64,000 nt of DNA from an uncultured Rhodanobacteraceae bacterium (GTDB lineage: Bacteria > Pseudomonadota > Gammaproteobacteria > Xanthomonadales > SZUA-5): positions 8,068 to 72,067 of the forward strand of contig CALEZI010000137.1 in the NCBI GenBank assembly GCA_937928755.1. The letters are read 5' to 3'. The notes under the pieces are model-generated. The model did no database searches. It saw nothing but the letters and a program-made list of their open reading frames with translations, and had not been told where the DNA came from. Of the stretch, positions 27,581 through 37,129 are shown in pieces. Made by a program: the position numbers and the translations under genes. Every line of letters starts with the position of its first letter. The first letter of the stretch is position 1.

Positions 27581-29971
27581 TCAAACCGCGGCTTTGTCGC
27601 CGGCAGGCGCCGTACTCCCGCCGGACTCCGGTCCGGACTGGCCGACTGAACTTTTCAGACGCTCGACAATGGCATCCAGGGCGCGGTCGAACAAGGGTAC
27701 GTCCTCCAGCAGCATCGCCCGAGCATGGCGCAATTCCGCAGCCAGCCCCAGCAGGGTCTTGTCCGCGACCTTGAGACCCTTGCGATTGACGAACAGATAC
27801 TTGCTGCTGATCGGGCTGATCCACGACAGCTTCGCGCGTTCGGCGCGGCCGTCCGCATGCTTGAACTCGACCCAGGTGCCGACTTTGATGGCGCGCGCGA
27901 TGTCGTAGTAGCTGTCCTGGATCTCCGCCTCGGGATCGGCCTCGACCTCGCTGCTTTCGGGATGTCGGGCCAGCTCATCGACGAAGTTCTCGTCTGCCGT
28001 CGGCGTCTCCCCGGAGGCCGACGGAATCTGATCGCTTTCGGCACTCGCGGAATCTGCGCTCGCGGAGACTTCCGCCGCCACCGGAGCCTTGATCAGCGGA
28101 TCCAGTTGCGTCTCGTAGAAGGAACCGAGATCGCTGAGCAACTGGCGCACGTCGTTGTCGTGATAGGCGACCATGGCCAGTCCCTGGCGCAGCGCCTTTT
28201 CCAGCTCCGGTATCAATGCGCGCAGCCGCGCACGCTCCGAATCGGTGGACTTCGGCTGCGCCGCCCAGACCAGTTCGTCGGCGACCCGCAGCGAGGTTTT
28301 CCACGGATGCGAGCCCTCGCCCTGGCGCAGGATCGTCAACACCAGCACGTTGGCCCAGGGGCGGGTCAGAATGTGGCGGATGACCTCAGGCAGCTTCTTG
28401 CCCTCGATGCGCGACAGGATCTCGCGGGCCGCCGTCTTGCGCGCGCCCTGCAAGCGTTCGCGCCCGCGCGCGGCTTCAGCCGCGCGCAGCTCCGCGACCT
28501 CGGCGCGCTTGCGCGACGACCCGACGAAATCGCGGAAGTCCTTGAGCAGACGATCGAAGATCTGCACATCGTCGCTGAAATCCTTGAGCAGGGCCTCGAC
28601 GACGCTCTTGACCTTTTCGTAGAAGCGCCCGTCCTTGTCGCTCTCTTCGCTCCAGGACAATCCAGCGTGGGCCAGTTCATCGAGCAACTGACGCGCTGCG
28701 TGCTCCTTCTGCGCGAACATCTCCTTTTCCAGAATCGCGCATTTCAGATAAGGGATCTGCAGGCGCGCCAGCAATGCCTGCATCTCGGCCGGAAGATTGC
28801 GATCCTGCAGGATGAACTCGAACAGCATGCCGACCAGGTCGATGGTGTCTTCATCGACCGCGGCCATCGCGTGTTTGCCTTCGCCGGTGCCCAGGCGATG
28901 CAACTGATGGGTCAGTTCTTCCTTGATCTGGCCGCTGGGAACCAACTGTATCATCGGGCCCAGATTGGCCTGCGCCGGTATGCTCATGGCCTGACTTTGC
29001 AGCACGCTCAGGGCGCTCACCAGATCGTTGGTGGCGAAGGCCTGCCCCTGAATCCCGGTCGGCGGCCCCGGCGTGATTCCGCGGCGCAAGGAGAGCAACG
29101 ACCGCACCGTGTTGTAGAGCTCGATCTGCAGTTCCGCTTCGGCAACCGCTGCCGGCGAATACACATTGCTGCCGGCGCGGGTGTCGTACTCCGCCGCTTC
29201 CGGGGTGTCCGCGCTGGCACCGGGCCTGCCCGCAGGCGCTGGCGGCCGACGCGCACTGGCTACCGGGTACTTGATCTGCGGCAGCACGCCGGCCTGCATC
29301 AAGTGGTGGTTGACTTCCTCGTAGAGCTGGTCGAGTCCGCCCATCACGTGCTTGTCGAACAACTTGAGGATCATCAGCTTGACGTTGAGTTCGATTTCGA
29401 GCTCAACCATGGTCGACTGGAAACTGTGGCACAGAGCGCGAGGACCCAGCGGATTGTTCTGGCTATCGACCTTGTTGCCGCCCGCCAGCACCGACATGCG
29501 CTGCTCGATGGCATAGAGGTGCTGGGCCAGTCGATTGGTGGCCTTGCCGACCATCGCCGATACCGCCAGCGATTCTTCCAGGTCCTTGTCTTCCACCAGC
29601 GCCAGACCGCTCGGTTGTGCCGAAGTCAACTCCTCGACCGGCCGCACCGCCGCCGGTCCGAACTGCGCAAACTCGCGCGTCAACTGCTCCTGGAACAGGC
29701 GTTCGACCAGTTGCCGCTTCTTGCGCACCTCGCGCATGCCGTCGAAATAGCGCGTTTGCACATTGTTGTTCTCGGCTTTTTCGGCGAGATCGAACAAGGC
29801 GTCGTCGACGCTGTCGAACAGCGTCCCCACCAGCAGAGCGAGTCGCTTCTGCGTCAGGCCACGGCATTGTTTGATCAGATCGCCGACACGATCGAACTGC
29901 TGCGACTGGTTGACCTGCCGTTGCTGCAGGTCGACAACCTTGTTGTTGTCGTTGCCGGTACTCACACGCAT
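27581..29971 (-). CDS. DUF1631 family protein (paralogue 1)
   Basis: 796 aa. Family blocks FDSVDDALFDLAEKA, MQALLARLQIPYLKCAILEKEMF..H.ARQLLDEL, and C-terminal GTWVEFKHADGRAERAKLSWISPISSKYLFVNRKG. Confidence 0.8.
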   Translation of the reverse strand: MRVSTGNDNNKVVDLQQRQVNQSQQFDRVGDLIKQCRGLTQKRLALLVGTLFDSVDDALFDLAEKAENNNVQTRYFDGMREVRKKRQLVERLFQEQLTREFAQFGPAAVRPVEELTSAQPSGLALVEDKDLEESLAVSAMVGKATNRLAQHLYAIEQRMSVLAGGNKVDSQNNPLGPRALCHSFQSTMVELEIELNVKLMILKLFDKHVMGGLDQLYEEVNHHLMQAGVLPQIKYPVASARRPPAPAGRPGASADTPEAAEYDTRAGSNVYSPAAVAEAELQIELYNTVRSLLSLRRGITPGPPTGIQGQAFATNDLVSALSVLQSQAMSIPAQANLGPMIQLVPSGQIKEELTHQLHRLGTGEGKHAMAAVDEDTIDLVGMLFEFILQDRNLPAEMQALLARLQIPYLKCAILEKEMFAQKEHAARQLLDELAHAGLSWSEESDKDGRFYEKVKSVVEALLKDFSDDVQIFDRLLKDFRDFVGSSRKRAEVAELRAAEAARGRERLQGARKTAAREILSRIEGKKLPEVIRHILTRPWANVLVLTILRQGEGSHPWKTSLRVADELVWAAQPKSTDSERARLRALIPELEKALRQGLAMVAYHDNDVRQLLSDLGSFYETQLDPLIKAPVAAEVSASADSASAESDQIPSASGETPTADENFVDELARHPESSEVEADPEAEIQDSYYDIARAIKVGTWVEFKHADGRAERAKLSWISPISSKYLFVNRKGLKVADKTLLGLAAELRHARAMLLEDVPLFDRALDAIVERLKSSVGQSGPESGGSTAPAGDKAAV

Positions 29972-30095
29972 TCCCCTGGATAAGCCAAAGACGGATCTTC
30001 GGCTATGTCGATAGGCGTACAGCGTACCTCATGCACGCCTGACTGTTTCTGCAAAGGGCCGAAAAGCGGACGGCGATCACACTTCTTCGCTGACC

Positions 30096-30374
30096 TCAGT
30101 GAGGAAAGTCCTGAAACTGGGTAGTGCCGATGCCTTCTTCCGGCAACAGCACCGGGATATCGTCTTCGATGCGGTAGATCACTCTGGCGTCATCGGTGAT
30201 CAAACCGCTGTCCAGGGTGATGGTCACCGCCCGGCCATCGACATCCACCACCGATCCGGCCGCGATGGCGTCGTTGAGCCATTGCTGTTGCGCCTTGCCG
30301 AGCATCCGCAAGGGCCGGTGGGATACCGGGCAGCACAGGATCTCGAGCAAGCGTCGGTCGATGGCCATGTTCAT
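30096..30374 (-). CDS. Trm112 family protein (UPF0434)
   Basis: LLEILCCPVSHRPL ... IYRIEDDIPVLLPEEG, the classic Trm112/YcaR pattern. 92 aa. Confidence 0.8.
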   Translation of the reverse strand: MNMAIDRRLLEILCCPVSHRPLRMLGKAQQQWLNDAIAAGSVVDVDGRAVTITLDSGLITDDARVIYRIEDDIPVLLPEEGIGTTQFQDFPH

Positions 30375-30438
30375 GGTTGGTCGGTTGCGGCTGGAGAGCT
30401 AACATAGCGCGCTCGTTCCCGCTACTCCAGAACCGACC

Positions 30439-30948
30439 TTGGAATTGATCATCCCGCAAGTGGCAGTGGTGATGGGCTCGCGCTCGGACTGGGAGACCAT
30501 GTCCGCTGCGGTCGAATTGCTCGAAGAGTTGCGTATCGCCCATGAGGTTCGGGTGATCTCGGCGCATCGCACGCCGGATCTGTTGTTCAATTACGCCGAA
30601 GAGGCGGTGGAGCGCGGTCTGCGCGTGATCATTGCCGGCGCCGGAGGGGCTGCGCACCTGCCGGGCATGCTGGCCGCGAAAACCTGGATTCCGGTGCTCG
30701 GCGTCCCGATCCAGTCCAGGGTGCTGAACGGCGTCGATTCGCTGTTGTCCATCGTGCAGATGCCGGCCGGCGTGCCGGTGCTGACATTGGCGATCGGACA
30801 GGCCGGCGCGAAAAACGCTGCGCTGGCCGCAGCGGCTATCCTGGCTCTGAGCAATCCGCCGTTGGCGCTGCGGCTGCAGGAACTGCGCCAGGCGCAGACC
30901 GAGCGCGTGCTGGCCGAGCCCGATCCGCGCAGGCCGGCATGCGAATAG
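30439..30948 (+). CDS. purE: 5-(carboxyamino)imidazole ribonucleotide mutase
   Basis: [32 protein letters not shown] motifs. TTG start from the track is uncertain. Confidence 0.9.
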   Translation: MELIIPQVAVVMGSRSDWETMSAAVELLEELRIAHEVRVISAHRTPDLLFNYAEEAVERGLRVIIAGAGGAAHLPGMLAAKTWIPVLGVPIQSRVLNGVDSLLSIVQMPAGVPVLTLAIGQAGAKNAALAAAAILALSNPPLALRLQELRQAQTERVLAEPDPRRPACE

Positions 30949-32075
30949 GGGTCATCGGTGGCGGCCAGCTTGCACGCATGCTGGCGTTGGCGGCGTCACC
31001 GCTGGGGATTCGCGTGCATGCGCTGGATCCTGCAGTCGATGCCTGCGCCGGCGACGTCGCGCCACTCGAAGTAGCCGCGTTCGACGATCTGGTCGCGCTG
31101 CATCGTTTTGCCGATCTGTGCAACGCGATCACTTTCGACTTCGAGAACGTATCGGCGCCGGCGCTGGCGGAATTGGCGGCGGTGCGACCGGTGCGGCCCA
31201 ACCCGCTGTCGCTCGCCACGGCGCAGGATCGCGCTGCCGAGAAGGCTTTGTTCGCGCGCATCGATACCGCCGTGGCGCCGTTCGCCGTCATCGATGATGC
31301 GCAGCAGATGGCCGCCGCCGAGGCCAGCGTCGTCTTTCCTGCCATCCTCAAGACGCGCCGATTCGGCTACGACGGCAAGGGTCAGATCAGCGTCGCGGAT
31401 GCCGGATTGCTGGAAGATGCCTACACCAGGCTCGGCAACGCACCCTGCGTGCTGGAATCGAGGGTGCGCTTCCAGCGCGAGCTATCGCTGGTCGCCGTGC
31501 GCGCACTGAATGGCGATTTTCGCTGTTACCCACTGGTGGAGAACATCCACGTCAACGGCATCCTGTCGGTCACGCTGGCGCCCGCCGAAGTCGCGCCGAC
31601 GCTGGCCGCTGAGGCCGAGCGCTGCGCGCGCCGGGTCGCCGACGCCCTGGATTACGTCGGCGTGCTGGCGATCGAGTTCTTCGATGTCGATGGTCAGTTG
31701 GTGGCCAACGAAATGGCGCCACGGGTCCACAACAGCGGACACTGGAGCATCGAAGGTGCCGTGACCAGCCAGTTCGAGAACCACATTCGCGCGGTGGCCG
31801 GGCTGCCGCTGGGGGATACCGCTGCGCGCGGCGTCTCCTGCATGTTGAACTGGATCGGCGAGTTGCCGGATCGCAATCGCGCACTGCAGGTGCCGGGCCT
31901 GCACTGGCACGACTATGGCAAGTCGGCGCGCGCGGGGCGCAAGGTTGGACATGCCACGATCACCGCACCAGATCGGGTCATGCTGGCGAACCGGCTGCGT
32001 CAGGCGGCCGAGTATCTCGATCGCCAGATACAGATTGAACCGGCGATCGCCCGGTTATCCGCGCCGGTTTTGTAG
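30939..32075 (+). CDS. purK: 5-(carboxyamino)imidazole ribonucleotide synthase
   Basis: [18 protein letters not shown]-grasp body ([20 protein letters not shown]). Overlaps purE by 10 nt. Confidence 0.9.
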   Translation: MRIGVIGGGQLARMLALAASPLGIRVHALDPAVDACAGDVAPLEVAAFDDLVALHRFADLCNAITFDFENVSAPALAELAAVRPVRPNPLSLATAQDRAAEKALFARIDTAVAPFAVIDDAQQMAAAEASVVFPAILKTRRFGYDGKGQISVADAGLLEDAYTRLGNAPCVLESRVRFQRELSLVAVRALNGDFRCYPLVENIHVNGILSVTLAPAEVAPTLAAEAERCARRVADALDYVGVLAIEFFDVDGQLVANEMAPRVHNSGHWSIEGAVTSQFENHIRAVAGLPLGDTAARGVSCMLNWIGELPDRNRALQVPGLHWHDYGKSARAGRKVGHATITAPDRVMLANRLRQAAEYLDRQIQIEPAIARLSAPVL

Positions 32076-32122
32076 GTGGAACCCGCGCCAGCGGATTCCA
32101 CCGAAACCATCGCGTCGAGGTG

Positions 32123-32154
32123 ATGAATCCTTCGCCTTGCGGCGAAGGATTCAT
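32123..32154. terminator. hairpin between convergent purK and sodB
   Basis: atgaatccttcgcc-ttgc-ggcgaaggattcat perfect 14-bp stem. No strong U-tract. Confidence 0.5.
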
Positions 32155-32165
32155 GCTGCGCGCGA

Positions 32166-32744
32166 TCAGCGCATCTGCGCGGCGACGAAGTCCCAGTTGA
32201 CCAGGTTCCAGAAGGCCTCGACGTACTTCGGGCGCAGGTTGCGGTAGTCGATGTAATAGGCGTGTTCCCAAACATCGCAGGTCAGCAGGGGCTTGTCGTC
32301 GCCGGTCAACGGTGTGGCTGCATTGCTGGTGCTGGCGAGCGCCAGGCTGCCGTCGGCCTTCTGCACCAGCCAGGCCCAGCCGGAACCGAAGGTGCCGATC
32401 GCGGTCTTGGTGAAATCTTCCTTGAATTTGTCGAAACTGCCGAACGCGGCGTCAATGGCCGCAGCCAGCGCGCCGGTCGGGGCGCCGCCGCCATTGGGCT
32501 TCAGGCAGTTCCAGTAGAAGGTGTGATTCCAGACCTGCGCAGCGTTGTTGAACACGCCGCCACTGGACGAGCGCACGATCTCTTCCAGGCTCTGGTTCTC
32601 GTGAGCCGTGCCCTTGACCAGATTGTTGAGATTGGTGACGTAGGCCTGGTGGTGCTTGCTGTAATGGAAGTCGATGGTTTCCGGCGAAATGTGCGGAACC
32701 AGCGCGTCTCGCGCGTAGGGCAGGGCAGGCAGTTCGATGGCCAT
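32166..32744 (-). CDS. sodB: superoxide dismutase [Fe]
   Basis: [52 protein letters not shown]. 192 aa. Confidence 0.95.
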   Translation of the reverse strand: MAIELPALPYARDALVPHISPETIDFHYSKHHQAYVTNLNNLVKGTAHENQSLEEIVRSSSGGVFNNAAQVWNHTFYWNCLKPNGGGAPTGALAAAIDAAFGSFDKFKEDFTKTAIGTFGSGWAWLVQKADGSLALASTSNAATPLTGDDKPLLTCDVWEHAYYIDYRNLRPKYVEAFWNLVNWDFVAAQMR

Positions 32745-32831
32745 GGTTCGGGTCCTCTCAGGTTCGGGGAATCGTGAATGCTAACGCTTCGATCGGGGAA
32801 GCGGCGTGAGTGTCGCTTGCCGGCGTTCGGG

Positions 32832-32907
32832 CTTCTGGTGGGTCCAGACTTGGACGCTTCAGGTGTTCCGGTGGGAAGAGCGTCCAGACAAGTCTGGACC
32901 CACCAAC
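32832..32907. repeat. inverted pair of GGGTCCAGAC/GTCTGGAC units
   Basis: cttctggtgggtccagacttggacgc ... gcgtccagacaagtctggacccaccaac, between sodB and the HAAO gene. Confidence 0.75.
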
Positions 32908-32935
32908 AGCGTGCCGGCGCCTGCCAGCACCCGCT

Positions 32936-33463
32936 TCATCCGTACTTCGCCGGTGCCGGATTCAGATGTCCGCACGCCTTGCAGGTGCGATTCGCGTTCG
33001 ACCGGTAGAAGCGATCGAACACCGCCGGGAATTGCGTCTCGATGTTTTCGAGCACGAAGAACTCCTCGTACAGCTTGTGGTTGCAGGACTCGCAATACCA
33101 CTGCAACCCATCGCGCTCATGCGCCAGGCGCTTGCGCTCGATCACCAGGCCGATCGAATTGGCCAAACGTTGCGGCGAATGCGGCACGCCCGGGGGCAGG
33201 TAATAGATCTGACCGGCGCGGATCGGCACATTGCGTGGCTGCCCGTCGATCTGCAGGCGCAGCACCATCTCGCCTTCGACCTGATAAAAGAACTCGGGGC
33301 CTTCCTCGACGTGGTAATCGGTACGCTGATTCGGTCCGCCGACGATCATCACGATGAAATCGCCGTCGACGATGCACTTGTTGCCCACCGGCGGTTTCAG
33401 CAGATGGCGGTGCTCGTCGATCCAGCCCTGGAAGTCGATCGGTACGGTCCACATGGCGTTCAC
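32936..33463 (-). CDS. nbaC: 3-hydroxyanthranilate 3,4-dioxygenase
   Basis: [42 protein letters not shown], and C-terminal rubredoxin-like CESC...CKAC. Confidence 0.9.
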   Translation of the reverse strand: MNAMWTVPIDFQGWIDEHRHLLKPPVGNKCIVDGDFIVMIVGGPNQRTDYHVEEGPEFFYQVEGEMVLRLQIDGQPRNVPIRAGQIYYLPPGVPHSPQRLANSIGLVIERKRLAHERDGLQWYCESCNHKLYEEFFVLENIETQFPAVFDRFYRSNANRTCKACGHLNPAPAKYG

Positions 33464-33513
33464 CCGGAGTGCGACATGACGCTTAGGCTAGCGGATAGAC
33501 GGCGTCAGGAGCA

Positions 33514-33646
33514 CTTGTCCGCAAAGGACGCAAAGGACGCAAAGAGAGCCAGGACGACAGCTGCCAAGCGGCAACACGATGGGCCGAGCATCATTGAACG
33601 GTTGATTCAGCTTTCCTTTGCGTCCTTTGCGTTCTTTGCGGACAAG
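33514..33646. repeat. GCAAAGGAC-type inverted-repeat element, copy B
   Basis: cttgtccGCAAAGGACGCAAAGGACGCAAAG ... ctttcctttgcgtcctttgcgttctttgcggacaag. Spacer about 65 nt. Confidence 0.85.
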
Positions 33647-33648
33647 AA

Positions 33649-34089
33649 TCACAGGCCCGGAAGCACCGCAGGCGCCGCCGCCACGCACTTTAGCTCGATC
33701 GCGATCGGTGTTGGCAGGGCATTGATGCCGAGTGTGGTGCGGCAGGGTGCGGTTTCAGGATCGGGGAAGTACTCGGCCCAGATGCGGTTGTAGATCTTGA
33801 AGTCGCGCGCCATGTCGGTGAGGTACACGGTAACGTCGACGAGGTCCTCCCAACCGGCGCCGCAGGCTTCGAGCACGGCGCGCACATTGGCGAACACCGA
33901 GTGGCACTGCGCGGCGATGTCGTAGCCGACCAGGTTGCCGGCCGCATCGTGGACGTTGCCGGGGATCGAGTTGTCCTGCGGCGAACGTGGGCCGATGCCG
34001 GACAGGAACAGCAGGTCGCCGACACGCCGCGCGTGGGGGTAATGGCCTACTGGCTTCGGCGCGGCCTGGGCTTGGATCGAATTGGTCAT
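33649..34089 (-). CDS. RidA family protein (possible 2-aminomuconate deaminase)
   Basis: YjgF/RidA pattern (VGDLLFLSGIGP..., VDVTVYLTDM, CRTTLGINALP). Internal ATG 34089 (MTNSIQ). Confidence 0.8.
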   Translation of the reverse strand: MTNSIQAQAAPKPVGHYPHARRVGDLLFLSGIGPRSPQDNSIPGNVHDAAGNLVGYDIAAQCHSVFANVRAVLEACGAGWEDLVDVTVYLTDMARDFKIYNRIWAEYFPDPETAPCRTTLGINALPTPIAIELKCVAAAPAVLPGL

Positions 34090-34127
34090 GCGCTTCGCTC
34101 TCCTCGGAGGAAAGTAAGTCGGGTAGA

Positions 34128-34200
34128 TCACGTTGGCCCGAAACGGCCTACGTGACAATGGCTCGTTGCGGTGTCACGTAGGCCCTGCGGGCCAACGTGA
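34128..34200. repeat. inverted pair of 27-bp hairpin units (TCACGTTGGCC...GGCCTACGTGA)
   Basis: tcacgttggcccgaaacggcctacgtga and tcacgtaggccctgcgggccaacgtga, in the spacer between the aldehyde dehydrogenase and RidA genes. Confidence 0.7.
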
Positions 34201-34211
34201 CCTACGCCGCT

Positions 34212-35666
34212 TCAATAGTGGATCGCCACATTCTTCGGCTCGGTGAAAAAGCGCATCGCTTCGACGCCTCCTTCGCGACCCAGGCCCGACTGTTTGACGC
34301 CGCCGAACGGTGTGCGCAGGTCGCGCGCCATCCAGCAGTTGATCCAGACGATGCCGGCTTCCACGGCTGCGGCGAAGCGATGCGCGCGCGCCAGGTCGCG
34401 GGTCCACAGCGAGCAGGCGAGTCCGTATGGCGTGCAGTTCGCAAACGCCAGCGCCTGCGCATCGTCGTCGAACGGTGTCAGTGTCGCCAGCGGGCCGAAC
34501 ACCTCTTCGGTGTTGACGCGACAGTGCGCATCGAGCTGATCGAACACCGTCGGCGCCAGGAAATAACCCTCTCGGCAGCGCCCGTCGAGCGTGATGCGCC
34601 GGCCGCCAGCGAGCAGGCGACCGCCCTCTTCGTGCGCCAGGTCGATGTAAGCCTGCACCTTGGCGAGGTGCGCCGCCGAAACCAGCGCTCCCATGTCGCT
34701 GGCGGGGTCGCGCGGATCGCCGACGACCAGTTCGGCGACCCGGGCCAGGAAGGCCTCGCGAAAGCGCGGCAGCAGCGAGCGCTCGACCAGGATGCGCGAG
34801 CCACACAGGCAGATCTGGCCCTGGTTGGAGAAGGCCGCGCGCACACTCTCGTTGACGCTGCGCTCGAAATCGCAGTCGGCGAACACCACCGTGGCGTTCT
34901 TGCCGCCCATCTCCAGCGACAGCTTCTTGAACTGCGTCGCCGTCGCCGCTGCAATGGCGGCGCCGGTAGCGGTGCTGCCGGTAAAGGAGACCGCCTTGAC
35001 CCTCGGGTGTACCACCAGAGCCTGACCACAGCGCGGACCGCCGCCGTGCACGATGTTGAGCACACCCGGCGGCAGGCCGGCGGCCTGGACGATCTCGCCC
35101 AGCAACCACGCGCTGACCGGCGTGATCTCGCTCGGCTTGGCAATCACGCAGTTGCCGGCCGCCAGCGCCGGCGCGATCTTCCAACTGAACAGGTACAGCG
35201 GCAGATTCCATGGGCTGATGCAGCCGACCACACCGAGCGGCTGGCGCAGCGTGTAGTTGAGCGTGCCGGCCTCGCCGTGATGGCTCTCGGATGCCTGACT
35301 CTCGGCCATCGCCGCGAAGAAGCGAAAATTGGCGACGGCCCGCGGAATGTCGACGCTGCACGCGACCTTGACCGGTTTGCCGCTGTCCCGCGACTCCTCC
35401 TCGGCCAATGAGTCGAGGCGCGCTTCGATCAGATCGGCAATGCGTCTGAGCAGGTTCGCGCGCTGGCTCGGCGGCGTTGTCGCCCAGCCGCGCTCGGCGC
35501 GCCGAGCGGCGGCGACCGCGGCGTCGATGTCGGTAGCCCCCGAGTCGGGCACCTCGGCGTAAACCTTGCCGGTCGCCGGCTCGACCACCGGCAGGTAGGC
35601 CCCCGTCGCCGGCGCCCGGTAGTCGCCATCGATGAAGTTGGTCAGTCGCAGCAGGGAATCGCGCAT
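34212..35666 (-). CDS. NAD-dependent aldehyde dehydrogenase (2-aminomuconate-6-semialdehyde dehydrogenase-like)
   Basis: ALDH motifs FTGSTATG, LEMGGKNA, QGQICLCGSR (catalytic Cys), EEVFGP. The specific product is inferred from the neighbouring HAAO and RidA genes. Confidence 0.8.
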   Translation of the reverse strand: MRDSLLRLTNFIDGDYRAPATGAYLPVVEPATGKVYAEVPDSGATDIDAAVAAARRAERGWATTPPSQRANLLRRIADLIEARLDSLAEEESRDSGKPVKVACSVDIPRAVANFRFFAAMAESQASESHHGEAGTLNYTLRQPLGVVGCISPWNLPLYLFSWKIAPALAAGNCVIAKPSEITPVSAWLLGEIVQAAGLPPGVLNIVHGGGPRCGQALVVHPRVKAVSFTGSTATGAAIAAATATQFKKLSLEMGGKNATVVFADCDFERSVNESVRAAFSNQGQICLCGSRILVERSLLPRFREAFLARVAELVVGDPRDPASDMGALVSAAHLAKVQAYIDLAHEEGGRLLAGGRRITLDGRCREGYFLAPTVFDQLDAHCRVNTEEVFGPLATLTPFDDDAQALAFANCTPYGLACSLWTRDLARAHRFAAAVEAGIVWINCWMARDLRTPFGGVKQSGLGREGGVEAMRFFTEPKNVAIHY

Positions 35667-35818
35667 GGCATCCGAAGTTTCGCGGGACGTGATCCGCTAC
35701 CGTTATACGACGTTTGATCGGGAGTCCAGCCAGAGCCTTTTGTCCGCAAGGGTGAGGCGGGCTTTCGAGCGGCATGCTGCGAGCCGTCGAACGGCCACCA
35801 GCTCGCTGGTGGACCGGG

Positions 35819-35922
35819 CCACGCAAAGGACGCAAAAACAGCAGATGCCAGCGGCCATTCATGAAAGTCCTGGCTGTTGATCTCCTTTGCGTCCTTTGCG
35901 TCCCTTAGCGTCCTTTGCGTCC
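35819..35922. repeat. GCAAAGGAC-type inverted-repeat element, copy C
   Basis: ccacGCAAAGGACGCAAAAAC ... cctttgcgtcctttgcgtcccttagcgtcctttgcgt. Confidence 0.75.
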
Positions 35923-35996
35923 AGAAATACAGTCCGCATTCTTGCGACACCCACGTTCGATGCGCGAATAAGCGCACCGCCAGGGGCGACCGTGAC
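35912..35996. repeat. about 85-bp dispersed repeat unit, inverted copy of 3782..3870
   Basis: cctttgcgtccagaaatacagtccgcattcttgcgacacccacgttcgatgcgcgaataagcgcaccgccaggggcgaccgtgac is the reverse complement of the 3782 unit, with a few mismatches. Confidence 0.7.
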
Positions 35997-36030
35997 TCTC
36001 ACCAAAATTGCCGTAAGTCATTGATTGTCA

Positions 36031-36086
36031 TGTGGGAGCGGATTTACTCCGCGAGAGCTTTCGCGGGATGAAGCCGCTCCCCCACA
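36031..36086. repeat. REP-like hairpin (TGTGGGAGCGG ... CCGCTCCCCCACA), second copy
   Basis: Same architecture as 4159..4212, with compensating arm differences in the inner stem. Confidence 0.75.
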
Positions 36087-36111
36087 GGTTCGATGCGCGA
36101 TGACCCGAACG

Positions 36112-36903
36112 TCACAACGCCAGCGTACGCCCGCCGTCCACTGCGATGCTGACGCCGGTGATGTAGGACGCCGCCGGCGAGGCCAGGAAGGCGATCGCGT
36201 TGGCAACTTCGCTGGCGTCGGCGAAACGGCCCATCGGCACCACGCTCATCATGCCTTTGGCGACCTCATCCTCGCCGAGGCCGCTGCTGCGCACCTTGCC
36301 GGCGATCAGGCCGTCCAGTCGCGCGGTACGCGTGAAACCCGGCAGCACGTTGTTGACGGTGATGCCCTCCGGCGCCAGTTCGGTGGCCAGCGTCTTCGCC
36401 CACGAGGCGACCGCGCCGCGCACCGTGTTCGACACGCCGAGACCCTTGATCGGTTCCTTCACCGAGGTCGAGATCACATTGACGATGCGACCGTAGCCGG
36501 CCGCACGCATGCCCGGCAGGACCAGGCGCGTCAGCAACTGGTTGCACAGCAGGTGCTGGCCGAAGGTGTCGAGGAAGGCCTGCTCCGAGGCGTGCTCGAT
36601 CGGGCCCGGCGGCGGGCCGCCGGTGTTGTTGATCAGGATCTGCGCCGGATGCGCCGCCAGCCACTCGCCGACGATGCGTTCCAGCCGCGCGCGATCGGCG
36701 TAGTCGGCATGCAGCGCATGCGGGCGCCCGCGGCCCGCGGCCTTCAATTCCACCAGCGCCGCCGCCAGCCGCAGCGGATCGCGTCCGATCACCGTGACAT
36801 CGGCGCCGAGGGTAGCCAGTTCCAGCGCGGCCGCGCGGCCGATGCCCTGGCTGCCGCCGCCGACCAGCGCGTGATGGCCTGTGAGGTCGAGATGCATGGG
36901 CAC
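36112..36903 (-). CDS. SDR family oxidoreductase
   Basis: GGGSQGIGRA cofactor motif, NNTGG, and YxxxK-equivalent region (SNTVRGAVASWAKTLA). 263 aa. Confidence 0.8.
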   Translation of the reverse strand: MPMHLDLTGHHALVGGGSQGIGRAAALELATLGADVTVIGRDPLRLAAALVELKAAGRGRPHALHADYADRARLERIVGEWLAAHPAQILINNTGGPPPGPIEHASEQAFLDTFGQHLLCNQLLTRLVLPGMRAAGYGRIVNVISTSVKEPIKGLGVSNTVRGAVASWAKTLATELAPEGITVNNVLPGFTRTARLDGLIAGKVRSSGLGEDEVAKGMMSVVPMGRFADASEVANAIAFLASPAASYITGVSIAVDGGRTLAL

Positions 36904-36968
36904 TGGCTCCAGGAGGGTCGTGTCAGTTTACGGGTGGCGATCGGATGTGTCGCTCAATTCGGCATTGC

Positions 36969-37088
36969 TTTTTGTCCGCAAAAAACGCAAAGGGCGCAAA
37001 GGAAAGCAGATCCTGGAAGTCGGCGCGCGGTCGGCCTTGCGCCACCTGCTCTCGCTCTCTTTGCGTTCTTTGCGACCTTTGGCGGACC
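36969..37088. repeat. GCAAAGGAC-type inverted-repeat element, copy D (degenerate)
   Basis: tttttgtccGCAAAAAACGCAAAGGGCGCAAAGGaaag ... ctctctttgcgttctttgcgacctttggcggacc. Confidence 0.7.
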
Positions 37089-37129
37089 CATGCTCCTCGC
37101 GCCAATGCCCTGCGCACTGCGCCATGACC

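Noticed and set aside
27725-29983. 752-aa ORF on the plus strand
   Set aside because: Antisense shadow of DUF1631 paralogue 1.
34174-35862. 562-aa ORF on the minus strand, and the plus-strand 34197..35411 ORF
   Set aside because: Out-of-frame or antisense overlaps of the aldehyde dehydrogenase gene, which carries the catalytic motifs. The translations are Arg/Gly/Pro-rich.
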